A DNA stretch of 64,000 bases from Balanoglossus misakiensis (lineage: Eukaryota > Animalia > Hemichordata). The stretch covers positions 3,303,434-3,367,433 of the forward strand of contig CM082593.2 in assembly GCA_040954595.2 (NCBI GenBank). The letters are read 5' to 3'. Position 1 is the first letter of the stretch. Each line of letters starts with the position of its first letter. A model generated the notes under the pieces. It had not been told where the DNA came from. It saw nothing but the letters and a program-made list of their open reading frames with translations, and did not search any database. The translations under genes and the position numbers were made by a program. This document shows positions 24,001 through 36,774 of the stretch, piece after piece.

Positions 24001-27000
24001 CTTCGGATGAGGCTGGATTAATTTACATTCGCAAATTGAAATGCCTCCGCCATGTTACTGTCTCGTTTACGGTAGATGAGACAAAAAATAATCTTAAGGC
24101 GTCGTTTGACTTGGGAACTTTCACAAAAGGTTGGGTTGAAAAAAATATTATTTGAAGAAAAATAATACATCAGAATTCGAAGAATGGCGCAGCGATTGTC
24201 TAGTGGAAAAAATTCACGAGAGCTGTGAAATGTCGCCCCCAAAATGTAGCGGGGAAAATTCCTACCGTGAATAAGTTAAACGACTGGAAATTAGTTGTGA
24301 CGAGAGAGTCCAATCTGACATTCGAGAACAATTTCATTACACTAGTTTAACCTACAAATTACTGTGTACAGTAAAATAATAGTCAAATCATTGAAAAGTC
24401 GGCAAATGTCAATTGCTGGCGGCACGGCATCTTTATTAAATTCCGCGTGTCAACAAGATTTAATAATGGCCGTAAATGCGGATAGATAGTGAACGAAGAT
24501 TGCGTCTCTGAGCTGGGCTGACAATATTACAGTGTTTCGTGTAAACCGAGCAACGCTTGGTTATTCTAAACCTAACCAACGCTCCAGCTATTCTTAAATA
24601 CAACCTTTTACTTCCCATCTACTTATATGGAAAAAAAAAGAAAAAAACTTTCAACTTTTCTTCCTACAAATTCAAAAGTGGTTATTGTGAAATTGTTTTT
24701 CTTGCATTATTTTACCCGTTTAGCTTAATAAATTTAAACACGCACTACAGAAAGAAAGTTTGTTTTCTGATATATTGAGGTACTGTAATATTCTTGACAC
24801 ATTTCATGCAACTTATACATTACAATTTTGTTTTTTACTTTCCCCTTTTCTGTATTATATTAATTATCTTACAACAATTTTAACAATCAAATCCCAGACT
24901 GTGGATCAGCGTGTAAAGGTTGCAAGTCAAACAACACCCACTGCATGAGCGACGCCTCGAATTTAATATTCTCCAGACACGATGTCATATAATGATTTGC
25001 GAAACCATTTCGTGTGCTCGGAGATTGTCAACGTAATTCAATTAATCAACTGCAATATAAGTTATGCAAACACGCTAATTAAATCCATTAGACACCATAC
25101 CTGGCACCTGGAGGGAACGCTGGCACCTGGAGGCAACGGATTCGTTAAACGCGACAATCTAAATTTATAATAGCAACCTTGACGGCCGCTGCGCTAAAAA
25201 TGCAATCATTCGAACATTAAACGCATCATAAGCTTAAAGGGGCAAAGTCTCTCTCTCGCTCACGATCTATGATTTTGAGTCATCTTGCTGTGAAAAAACA
25301 ACATCCTACCAGCTTTTGAAGTTTACCACTTCCTTACTCTCCATTCGTCAAGTGGTTGCGTTATTTTGAAACTCAAATTGCCGAAATTAGATTTTTGAGC
25401 ATGTTTTGTCTGGTGAGTCGACCAAACGGATCCATCTTGTTGATTGCTAGAAGACTCCAAACATAATCCTTGAATGCTCCGTGATTAACGTCATTAGACT
25501 ACTTGACTACTTCAGCTAGATTGACACGCAGGTCACCTCGGGTTTGACTGTACACAACTTGGCTACTCCGCGGCTCCCGGTTACAAAGCCGCGGGAAGCA
25601 GTCTATAGGTTGCTGGCTTTCAACTTCCAGAACGGATCAGAATGGCTCGCATTGTATTACCCTAAGCTAACTAAATTTATTTGCAAATGCTTGATAATTG
25701 AGTGAAATGTTCAGCCTAATCGTATAACATGTTTATTTGATTATCTAAACTCAATTATCTTATCAGCGCACTGCACCTGTGTCGTCCCGTCCCCAAGGGA
25801 GAGCATGGCCACTGCGCTGTAATGCATTTTTGATCCAACATGGCGCCCAGACTATAGAATTTGTCGTATCTCGGGAAACGGCCACTGATTTCCAAGTCAA
25901 TGGTATAAGTTACAGGGACCGTGTTTCGGTTTCAGCTTTTGATCTAAAATTGGAATGTGGTTCGCATAAAAGTCGTTACGTTTACTTAATTTGTGTTTGC
26001 GCTGAAATGTGTAAACGACATGTTCTTTTTGTTTTATTTACCTGCACTCTCGCTTCTGTCAAATTTATCTTCATCGCCAGATCCTCTCGCGTGAAGACAT
26101 CCGGGTAGTGCGTCCGGGCGAAGGCACCTTCCAGTTCTTTGAGCTAGTAAAATACAAGAACATTTTGAACATATCACTGAGCTGTGTCATCTCATGTTAC
26201 CCCCATTTCCAGCCACGGCATGCACGTGCGCGCGTGTTTTTGTCTGTCCGGGTGTGCGTGCGCCGGGCACACGTGTGAGTAATTTAGAGCGCGCGCGTGT
26301 GCTTGTTTGGCGCCGACGGACGCATCCGCTCATGTTTCATTCATCACTCACGTCCAAAATGTGAGTAGATTTACCGGCCCCTGGTTTTATCTTCAACACT
26401 TCTGAAATGCTTGACACACCATATGTTGCCTGGAATAACGGTCAGGCAAACAAAAGTCAATTGAGGGACTAGCGCAACAGCACCCGAACAACTCGAACGC
26501 CAATCATGTAAATTTGCATATTGGATGATCGACTAACCATCTCGGATGAGCCACGTCACTTTGTCGACATTGCTGTGTTCGGTTATTATCGCTTGCTAAA
26601 AATATCTATAAATTTCACATCCTTTGTATATCATGGGTTTCAAAATCGAATTCAAGTCCGGACTAGAATTCATTTGTCAACAGTATCTACCATCGTATAC
26701 AAGCATTGTTCAGAATCACAATACTGGGAATTGTACAATGCTATAAAGAGTAGCACAAGAAACTGCAGTCGATACACAGAATAGAAATACTGAAACAAAA
26801 ATAGCCAAAAGTTACATCTAATGTCCCTTTAAACATTCATTCTGGAATCCGCCACACTCACATGAAAAATCTGAGCACGTGTGTCAGCACACGAAAATCT
26901 AGATTGTCGGAGCTGATATGAAGTCGAAGCATGTCTGTCATCCTCGAAATCAAATTTTGGACAACTCGTAAACACGCTGCCTATAAGGAGGTTAGGATGT

Positions 27001-30000
27001 AATTTTTGACACAGCGGAATTGCTCTGCTCTGACACTTGCTCTCGAAATTTATGGCATGTTACTCCATGATGTAACGCGCTACGGGTAATAAACCAATAT
27101 TTGTATCTCCCTCGTTTCGAAGATGATTTATGTCTTTGGAAGGCTTTTGACACGACGCCGAGGTGTAAAAACAACGTTAGCTCCCTCTAAGCTGGCAAAT
27201 GTGCCCCGGCATTATTAGGGTTAATTCCGATATAAAACATCCAGTTTTAATGATGCCTGCAAAGATGACGATAAATGGCCGTACAGGTCGCCGTCTAACT
27301 GAGATGCCATGATTTATTCATGGCAGTGCCATGATCGGATTTCACGATAAAGTCGGGCGGGGATTAGCAATCAGATTCCGGGAATCCGCCGGTACAGGCA
27401 CGCTGAGACCCCTCAACCCCAAACACAGAACACAACGCCCATCTTTCTTTTCTCTGGGATTTCGCGGGAGAGGAAAATAATATCAATTATTCGTATGTAT
27501 TGCCGTTAGAACAGATCTGGACGGTAAAACGATACACTTTGGTGCAACTCATCAAAGTTGCAAGCTCATCGTCTTAGTTGCGGGAATAAGCCACGGCCGG
27601 CTGATTTGACAAAGAAATATTCTGACATGTTTAATAGATTATTCACTTGTTCACATTACTCCCGAAACGTCTATTGGAATAAAGACATGCACAAGTTTTA
27701 ACCGACAGCGCGATTTCGAGAGTATGTTTCTCTGATTTTTCTAACCGAAGTTGTTTCAGCTATATCATTCACACAATGCACGGCGCGTTTCTTCTCTTGG
27801 GTGCGCGAAATTCAACTGATCTAAGCCTCGCTAAATCCGTTCTGATTGGCCAATTGATGAGCGCGTCCTGCCCAATCACGCTTGGGAAAAATCTGGTGAT
27901 GGGCCGGAATTATAAAATATAACTTTTCCTTTCGCCAGAGAGCGGTATGACACAATCTCTAAACGTATAACAACAAGTATGTCAACTTAGAGAGAGAGAG
28001 AGAGCTGACGATTTTGTAATTTCATACCTGTTGTGTCGTGAATGTAGTTCTGTTTCGTCGTTGTTTCCTTCGAAAAAATGTATCGTCGAACTCATTTCCA
28101 TACGGCAGAGCTGGATCTACAGTAAGAAAGAGAGACAATGGGAGTGAGACATGAAGACATACCCCGGACAGAGAGACAGACAATACCAATCAAGCAAAGG
28201 GTATTTTTTCGCTTGAAAGATTTAGTTCATTATGTATCCCAAGACGAACATACGATTCACATTACTTGTGCTGGTACATGTAGTAGCATCAATTGTCTAC
28301 TCTGTGTGACGGAGCAACATTCGACTGGCGGAATCACCGAATCTTAGAAAATTAAAGTCGCATTGCTCTAGGTCTCCCTTGGCCTTTGACAATTTCCGAT
28401 GCCAGCTTTTCGCTGTGAATGTTGACTAATTGAAGAGTTTATTAGCAGTGGGTTCTGTCAGGTGGTGTCGAGAATGGCGATTTCGACACTTTTCATGAAC
28501 TTTCTTGATGAGTTATGTATCTCCGAGCATATTCTGATCAACATTTTAATGACCGTGCTACCGTCTTTATGAGCAAGACATCTGAAATTATGGCCATTCT
28601 GGTCTCTCCGACATCCCCCGTCATATCAACTCCTCTCCCGCGGGGACAATTTTCAACAGGTTTGACGAAAGTCAACACTTTTAGGCCCTCCACCAGCTGA
28701 TGCTTGGCGGTGTCGTGAATGGCGCGTGAAGGGAATCTTAATGCCCGTATTGCGCATGACGGTCGCCCACCACCATGCAGCACGTGCCCAATTAATTCCG
28801 AGAGATGCTCCGCATTCCGGGGCATGGCAGCGGAAACATATCATATCGGGAGCACTCCTTGTCGGACGAAATACACTTTTGTATATGTCAGCGTTATCTA
28901 AAGATTTGAGATGATTTCAGAGTAAGATTGCTGTAAATGAGCTTGAAAAAGACTGGCGATCGTTTTTTTTCTTCAGATATTTGACTGAGTACATGAATGA
29001 ATGAGATGCGCGCAATACTGCAAACGACAATTTAAACTTTAGAAATTGTCGGCTGATGACACTGGCCAATCAAATGTGTCCTTTCAAAATGAGCCGGCAT
29101 ACAGCGTCACCCGAATTAGCGCTTCGGAACCAGCGGCAAATTAAACAAAACACTTCCTTGTATCACATACACTGCACAGGTAAAAGATTGGTCCATGTCA
29201 GATTTCGAATTCAGGACACGAAGTTATCCGTCGTTAGATATGAGAATTCGAGACTAATATCTCCCACTCAAATTACTGTATTTCTTACTGAAAATTTGAT
29301 TAAAAATAAAATTACTTTCTTTTAATTTCACGAGAACAAATCGTTCTGCCTCCTCTATCTCTCCGCACGAAATTACTCTCAAATTTGCCCATCCTCAGAA
29401 ATTGTCGTTCGCTCTAACTAAAACGAGAGCAATTTATTTTCTCATCCCTTAACCCCGCTTCCTTAAATTTGACCGGGGAAGCAATTTTATGCCGCGGGAA
29501 ATTGAGAGAAATTAATTCAATTTGTTGAGACCAACGGTAATTTCATTTATTCGATGGGTGTGAAAATGAGACGATCAAACATGCCGGCAGACGACAGTCA
29601 ACTCGACTACTTGCCATCTTGAAATTAAATTCGAATTATCAAAGGCACTGTGCAGTATACAGTGGCCGCCACCAGATGACGTTATCGGGAAATGTTTACT
29701 ATTGCAGGGCCATATTAACCCATGCGCTTCCATGAAAAGACTTTATTTTCATCCCCCGATATATTATGAAATTTAGACTCGAATTTCATGCCGATCACCC
29801 TACATTGATATTTAAGGGTCACATGATACGTGTGATCTCAACGCATAGCTATGAATAGACCACGATCTTCAATAATCCGGCTAACGTTTCTAGGGCTGTT
29901 TGGTAAATTACATTAAAACTACACAAGGAATAGCTTCCCTTTTCCCGCCAATATTGCTTTGTTATGCGTGTGCGCTAGTCTTTACGCACTCAAACGCTGG

Positions 30001-33000
30001 TCGCGGCGCACTCAAAAAAGTCAATGACTTGTCAGATATATAAGCTAGCATTGCATGACAGATAAACCAAGTTAGGAACCAAATATTTCATGTAAAACAA
30101 TTTCAGACATGGCATGGATCATTTTATTATTTTTTTAAATTAATATATATATATACACATTCATTTTCCAACCTCTATCATCATGCGTTCTTTTTGGGTG
30201 TGATCGACATTATTTTTAAAAACATAATAGTCACGATTTCCCGGTTACAACCAGCGTGCTTTTTCGAAATTTTTCACAACCACAAATTATTATAAAAAAA
30301 TAACTTGGATCGACACCTGTGAAATATTAATCAGTTATTCACAAAGTAATTATCAAAATTTACTTTGGATGCGCTTAGGGCAGAGGCAAGGGTCTTTGAT
30401 GCGTGAAGCAGAACACACTGAATAGTAGACTACGTAAATGTCGATAATCTCTCGAAAAAGTTCCAAATCAACTTATCGCCAGTTTTGTAGGTGTAAAAGT
30501 CTCCCCACGTGATTAAGATGGCTGACTCTTCCATTTCCTTGTGAAATCTACATGTGCATACCATCATGTAAATTTCAAAGCGTGCTACTATACCTGTCCA
30601 TGTTGTAATTACGATTATAGATGCCAGCAGTCTAGTGTAACATATTAAGTGTTAATTGCCTCATGTATGTCTAATTAATTGACATCAATTTTTTTCTGAT
30701 ATTAGTGTCAATTAATGGGAGATTCCACCATTGCTAATTGGCCGTTTATTACCCTGGGAGGTCAATGGGGCAGTAATTACCCAAAGAGGCATTACTCGCT
30801 TAGTAATGAAATTAATGCCACGGATAATTGCGTTTGTGACGAGTCGTTTACGGTAAATAATGAATTTGCATTCTTTCGCCTTTGTGCGATGATAGTCCGC
30901 ACTGTTCAAACTTGTAACCGTTAGCAACGCCGTACAGGAAGGCATCACTGGTGGGATTGCGTTCTGTGCTATACTGTCAGATAATTGACTACACGAACGC
31001 CGCATCGGCGATGCACACCGGAACACGGACGCTTGCCCGGAGAACAAACTGCACCCGCCCGTGCTGGGAATCAAAATACCGCCGCGGCAACAATTTACCC
31101 GGGAGCGCAAGATGCCCGGTAATGTGGCCTGATTAGTAGGTTCAAACAGCCATGGTCCAAATTGAAGTGTGCATCACCGCCGAACGGAACTGTCGAGGGT
31201 GCCTAGGCAGGGCGCATATCGCATTAAGGCCAACTCGCCGAAGTCGAATTCGTGGCAATTTTCCCGTCCTAATCAAATTTACCCAGAGTCACATTATCCG
31301 GAGTTTAATCCAATATGTACTAATAGTTCACAATCATTTCGTTATCCTTCCTAATTGATTTATATCTCCCAATTTTCCAGAGTAAACCGAGCCTAAATTA
31401 TTTGACATTATACAGGCTCGGGTTGTCGTTAAACGCTCCGGTTTCTTGCAACGGAGTAGAAAGACCACACGCCGGGTTAACAACCTCCCAGTAATTGTTC
31501 AGAACGCATCCGCGGACAGATCGCGCGGGAAAGAGAAGTTAATGACGGGAAGACGACGGTGTTATTCGAGATGTGTGCGCATTTCCTCGCTAATTCTCGG
31601 AGATGAGAAGGGGTTGAATTTATTGCAGTCAGTTACAAGAGAGAAATCCCTGAGCTGATTTCTTTCGACATTGTGTCGATTTCGGAACGTTTTACCCCCC
31701 CCCCCCCCCCGAAATTGCATTTTGTGAAGTCAGTATATGAACGTGAAGGTGCGTCTTATACTCACATAACGTTGACGCGGAGAGGTTCGGCGCTGTCGCG
31801 ATATTTGACCCACACAGGGAGTAATTCGACGGCACTGGATAGTGGTAACAGAACATCTCGACCACTGCCTTCCAAACTGTCGGCAGCCACTTAAGCAGTT
31901 CTGCTTCTGGGATCAGACGAGCCTGGTGCACCAATACCAGTCTTGCGAAACTGAAAGAATGCGGTATTTGACAGATGTGTGGACGGTCCAGCAAAAAACA
32001 CGTGTTATTTTTGCTTGTTTGTAACGATGACGGACTTTCTAACCCAAGTCACCCGCGGGTCGAGTTCTGTCGTCGATGCCTGCAAAATTAAGAAAATTCA
32101 AAGTTGTTCAATTTCTTGTCAAATACCGTATATCCATGCTTGAAGATATTTTCCCAATATTCCATTTTAAAATGGCAATCGATCATATTCTTACTGAGGT
32201 TCAAAAATAACTTTGAACTGTCTAAAGAGGATCGTGCTCGAAAGCGAGAGAGGTGATATCTCCCGTCTCTGAATCGGAAATGATTAGAACAAGCCGACGG
32301 CTAGTTCAAGTCAAGACAGGAAGGAAAGGGAGATCGGTACGGATTAGGGCCCGTCGTCGACGGAGCGTGCGTGTGCGTTTCGCGTGCTCGTTTCAGAAAC
32401 ATTCCGGCGCGCGCAAGAAACACGCTTGCTGACACTGATCAAATCGGATGGTTGGGTATAGATTTTTAACTCGACAGATGGAGGAACAAACTGTCGCGCA
32501 CAGTCAGCTCTGATCTCTGCTTGTACCGGTTCATTCAGTGCTACACGTATAATTACTGGAAGCACTCCACTCTGCCAGGGAAGGCTTATCCTCCCATTTT
32601 AAGCGTGTCCCAATTTCACATCGCATCATTTTATCGGATTAGTCTCATCTCAGTCAGGAACAAGCGACGATGGCTACTGTTACATTTCGTGCGGTTCAAC
32701 CAGTCAGCACCCATGTAAGCCGATTGTTACGCGGGGGAGAACTGTTTTTATCATTTTGTGTTTTTTTCCTGAAAACATGTATTTATGTCGACGGGATCGA
32801 ATTACAGAAGTCGGATTCGAGCGAAAGAAGTGTTTTCGTTCAAGATCAGTGTATATTATCCTCTGCATCAATTTCCTGCCTTAAATTTGATAATTATTTT
32901 GATGCAAAGTAAAATTACCTCAGTTGTTTTAAAATATAGATAGATTATTCATCTGCTGTGTTCTGTAATAGTTGTGTTCAGTTTTGATATGGCAAAAAAC

Positions 33001-33531
33001 GATCGTGAAAACACACATTTTCGCTTGCATATTACGAAAGGAGTTATCTACAACCCCCCCCCCCCCCCCATTGATCATCCCAATATGAACATCGCATAAA
33101 CCATGGGTCTCGTTTGGGACCTTGTTCCCTCCATCACTTGTATAGATTCTGTTTATAGCTCGGATACAGTCAACGAAGCGAAAAAGAATTATGCCTCCAT
33201 CAAATATTCATCGTTTTAAAATAAAATTAAATGCCCTTGATAATCGAACGAGCTGACCCTGCCCTGTGTTATTTCTTTCGAACATGCCACTGTGTGATCC
33301 TAACGGTTATTTGATCAAATATTGTCCTCTTACATTAATCATGTGGCTCGTTTTTGCTCTTTATATCTCACTTCTGAGACTCTCCATCATCTTTCTCTCC
33401 TCTTTTGAGTTGCCCGGTAACGACGGGGTCAGATGATGAAGTGCTCCGTGTGTGTGGTTGGCCGCATATCGATGGATGTTGACATTTGTGTGTGTTTTGG
33501 ATGTTGAAGGATGTGAGATCTGATAACACAT
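21011..33531 (-). CDS. DRGX: Drgx (Drg11/Prrxl1)-like paired-class Q50 homeobox protein with OAR domain, divergent paralog 'a', about 341 aa
   Basis: Exons 33531-33372 (least certain), 28116-28028, 26143-26042, 23532-23201, 22724-22582, 21210-21011 (1026 nt, phases consistent). The homeodomain [12 protein letters not shown]|[34 protein letters not shown]|[14 protein letters not shown] is preceded by [13 protein letters not shown] is [21 protein letters not shown] on the minus strand at 20643-20648. Confidence 0.88.
25034..25138. promoter_or_regulatory. Candidate intronic enhancer: P3 paired-homeodomain dimer site plus duplicated E-box
   Basis: TAATTCAATTA at 25034-25044. A 19-bp tandem repeat CTGGCACCTGGAGG(G/C)AACG occurs at 25101-25119 and 25120-25138, each copy with CACCTG. 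Confidence 0.4.
25495..25605. mobile_element. Possible small TA-bounded MITE-like element
   Basis: Terminal inverted repeat TAGACTACTT...AAGCAGTCTA (9 of 10 complementary) and an internal hairpin CCGCGGCT...AGCCGCGG. No transposase is present. Confidence 0.3.
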
Positions 33532-33861
33532 CGAGGTGGAACTGGCAATCTTCGGAGCGACTTCGTGAAATAATGTCGCAGCGGAGTCAGCTAGACTCAC
33601 AGTCACCACCGAAATACTTTCAGTGGTGTTGCTGTGTGTGTGATCGATGCGATTTTCAAATGTTCCTCTTAGGCGCGCGCAGCGAGCAAATTGGGGGTGT
33701 TCGGAGCGAGGTCACATGATCTCTACCATTTTTTTTTCGCACGAAACTGACGGTGAATGAATATTGAAAAGATTTGGTATGCCAAAACACATGGTGTCGA
33801 CTAGTTCGTTGACAGGCACAGTTAGCAGTTAAACCATGCCTGCAGCATCTTTTCCACTTAC

Positions 33862-33990
33862 CTGACGTCACGTCCCCTTGCGTAAAATTGTACACAGTTA
33901 TCAGGTCACGGTGGAAGGAACTGCACACGGTGTATCGCTGCTCGCCTGGTGCTTCTGGAGAATGGGAAAACACAAGTGTCAAAACACGCA
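33862..33990 (-). other. Probable noncoding 5' exon of Drgx paralog a
   Basis: Strong minus-strand donor CAG|GTAAGTG at 33862/33861 and a CAG acceptor near 33633 upstream of the ATG at 33531. The 5' boundary is a guess. Confidence 0.35.
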
Positions 33991-34875
33991 TATAAAATGA
34001 TGTACTCGGTCTAAGCCCCTCCTTTTCGGCGCAAGCGGCTATACCCGCGTGTGCCAATTAGCCGGCGGATGCATCTGATGTGGATGTGAGATGGTCTCAA
34101 TTCACAAATCGGCGGTAATTGGCCGTGTATCCTTGCGCGCGTAGTACAAGACTGGGCGCAACGTGACAAGGTTGACTTGCAACTAATAGATATATTTTTC
34201 TGATGCAATTTCGATTTTCGGCTGTATCAAATGCGAAAAGTAAATTCTCTATGTCGACTTCGCAATTTCTGCATGGAAACGTTGGCATGGAAAAGTTGTT
34301 AAATAGTATTTTTGAACTAGTTCGTCCAGCTTTAACACAAGATACAATGTACCAGCGTTCGATGACGAAGTTGCTATGTTATCCCTTAGTTGCGCATATA
34401 TGTATATTCCCTCAAAAATACCCTACGCACCACTCACAGGTTTAGTGCAGACGACAGACCGGGTACACCGTCACTTACAAATCACAATCACACTAGAAAA
34501 AAAAAACATTGACCGTACGTCGAACATGTAAATCCCTCCCTGCACAGAATATAGTATTGTCTTTTACGTCGCCGCAGCCTATAAAATATGCATGCGTTGA
34601 TACGCGCTTCCAACTGGAGACAAAGATGACAGAATTAAATTAGCGACCTTCAGTTTAATAATTAATGACTTAATTACATCTTTTGATCCAAAAGGGCTTT
34701 CCGCTCGATTTTCAGCGGTTCCTTTCAGAGCATCACTTTTCCATTGTAATAGTTAATATGATTAAATATTTAAGGCGGAACATTGGAAAAAATAACCATC
34801 TATGCCGGATCATTCAGGATAGTTTATTTCGGTTATTATTATTATAATTATTAGAATATATTATACTAGATATTA

Positions 34876-34932
<57 letters not shown>
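34876..34932. repeat. (CAT)19 microsatellite
   Basis: Direct inspection. Confidence 0.95.
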
Positions 34933-34933
<1 letters not shown>

Positions 34934-36709
34934 GTTACTATCATGGTCAAAAACAATGGAGACACATTTCTCGTGATGCACCCTTACCGCCACTATATGT
35001 GCTCACGTTACTATTCAATTCCCTGTGTTCAGTGCAAATCTAGGTTGTGATTGTTCACTTGATCATAACATGTCTTAGACGCTGCACTACTGGGCCATGA
35101 ATCGTGATCAAGGTTGTATACAAGGGGCCTGACCTTGCCCGTGACCAACGGTGACCTTTGGGGTCACATCTGAAATGGATTCCTACTGTGTAGCTGTATA
35201 CAAATAATCGCATATTTGCTACTGTCAGCGTAAACGTTATTACATATTTTGTTTCTGGACCAAAATTCTACAATTGCCGATAGCTCCGATAGATATGAAA
35301 TATCGTGGAACAAATTAACTTTTGTTACCAGCGGCATCGTGGAATGAGCATCCGCGTGATGAATAATTTTGCAAGCATCGACCCAGTTATGAATTTTCTG
35401 ATTGTGCCGTACACTTAGCGTGCTTCATTCACTGTTGTTGATTGTCTCTTGTTTCTATGTTTCTCTTATTGAGCTCTGTGTACGTGTATATTCAAATCTG
35501 GAATCGAGAAATAAGCTCACACACCGTGGAGCGGCAATATCCATACCCGTCACAGCAGATCGCGTCACCATGCTCACTTCTGTCCGAAAAAACCACACTT
35601 GCGTTTTATGAGATCCCTTAATTTGGGGTATTCAAAGATTAAACGCATCTCCAAAGAACAGGGACCTCGATTACCGAGTTTATTTCATTGCGATTCACTC
35701 AGGCATATAATTGCATTACTAGTTAGTGAAATTAATTCGACGGTTTATCCTACAGTTCACGTTTTCATTTAGTTAATTAACAGCTCGGCTCAGCATTTCG
35801 CGGCGGCGACGCCACGGGTCCATTTCAAAGGGCCGCGTCTTTGTGCGCGTGTTGTTTGTTTGTTTGTGGTTTTGCTTGCTACCAGTCGATTATTGAGCGA
35901 TAATTTCCTGATACGCGTGTTCCGCTTTGCAACAGGACTGACCAAGCTGTCAAGGGTGTTTATAACGCCATTTGCAAAGACAGAAGTATACGTCACACCT
36001 CCTCAGGGACTAGCCAGCGGGCGACGCTTTTATGGCCAGCTTAGGGGCTTATTCTGAAATACAACGGGGGAAGTTGTGTTTGGTGTCTGCCACGGGTTTT
36101 CCCTAAAATAGTAGTGAAAAACCAGTGAATCCACCATTTTATCCGTAGTATGTGGAGAGGTACAAAGTTCCGACGTAAAATATCACAGAAACGTAGGGGG
36201 GGGGGGGTTTACAGCATTGGTGTCTGCATATGGTTAGTCAAATAAACAAAGTTGCCGGGGTGAATGGCTACCCCCCCCCCCCCGACAAGAGTTATTATGC
36301 GCCCTCTAGGGTCGCCCGTAATTCGCTTCATTCCAACAGAGAACAGAAGTCAATTTCTTAAGAAAGGTGAGCGCCGAGGAGTCAACCCGAAGAGATACGA
36401 TCATCAAACGAAGCGAGGCCACGCGCAACTCAAACCGACTCCACGTAAGTTCCAAGAAAGCTCGTTCCGACCGCCGCCGTCAAGGGCGAGGCGAGCGCTT
36501 CAAAATAGCCGTCGCCTTAATGGCCGTTTTACGGAACACAATGATGAAACTCACAGGCGATTGGTATGGTGTGCAAACCGGTGACATTTTATCATCAAAA
36601 TAGGGCGTCTAGAGGCTTCGACTTCCACCGATTTATAAGGGGATCTGTACGAGGGCATCGAGTAATGAATCCTCCTCACTCAATATATTAACAGTATTAG
36701 TACACTAGT

Positions 36710-36774
36710 GTAATCGGATCAAGAATAATGGAAAATTTTCGTCCGAAATAAAATATTAACAAATTAAGCGCTTA
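36710..36774. repeat. Duplicated conserved noncoding element, copy 1 (65-bp core)
   Basis: GTAATCGGATCAAGAATAATGGAAAATTTTCGTCCGAAATAAAATATTAACAAATTAAGCGCTTA is 63/65 identical to 44861-44925. Confidence 0.9.

Noticed and set aside
25234-26832. Single 1.6-kb TTAA-flanked transposon
   Set aside because: The span contains the conserved Drgx-a homeobox exon 26143-26042 and the ends match only briefly; two independent fragments are more likely.
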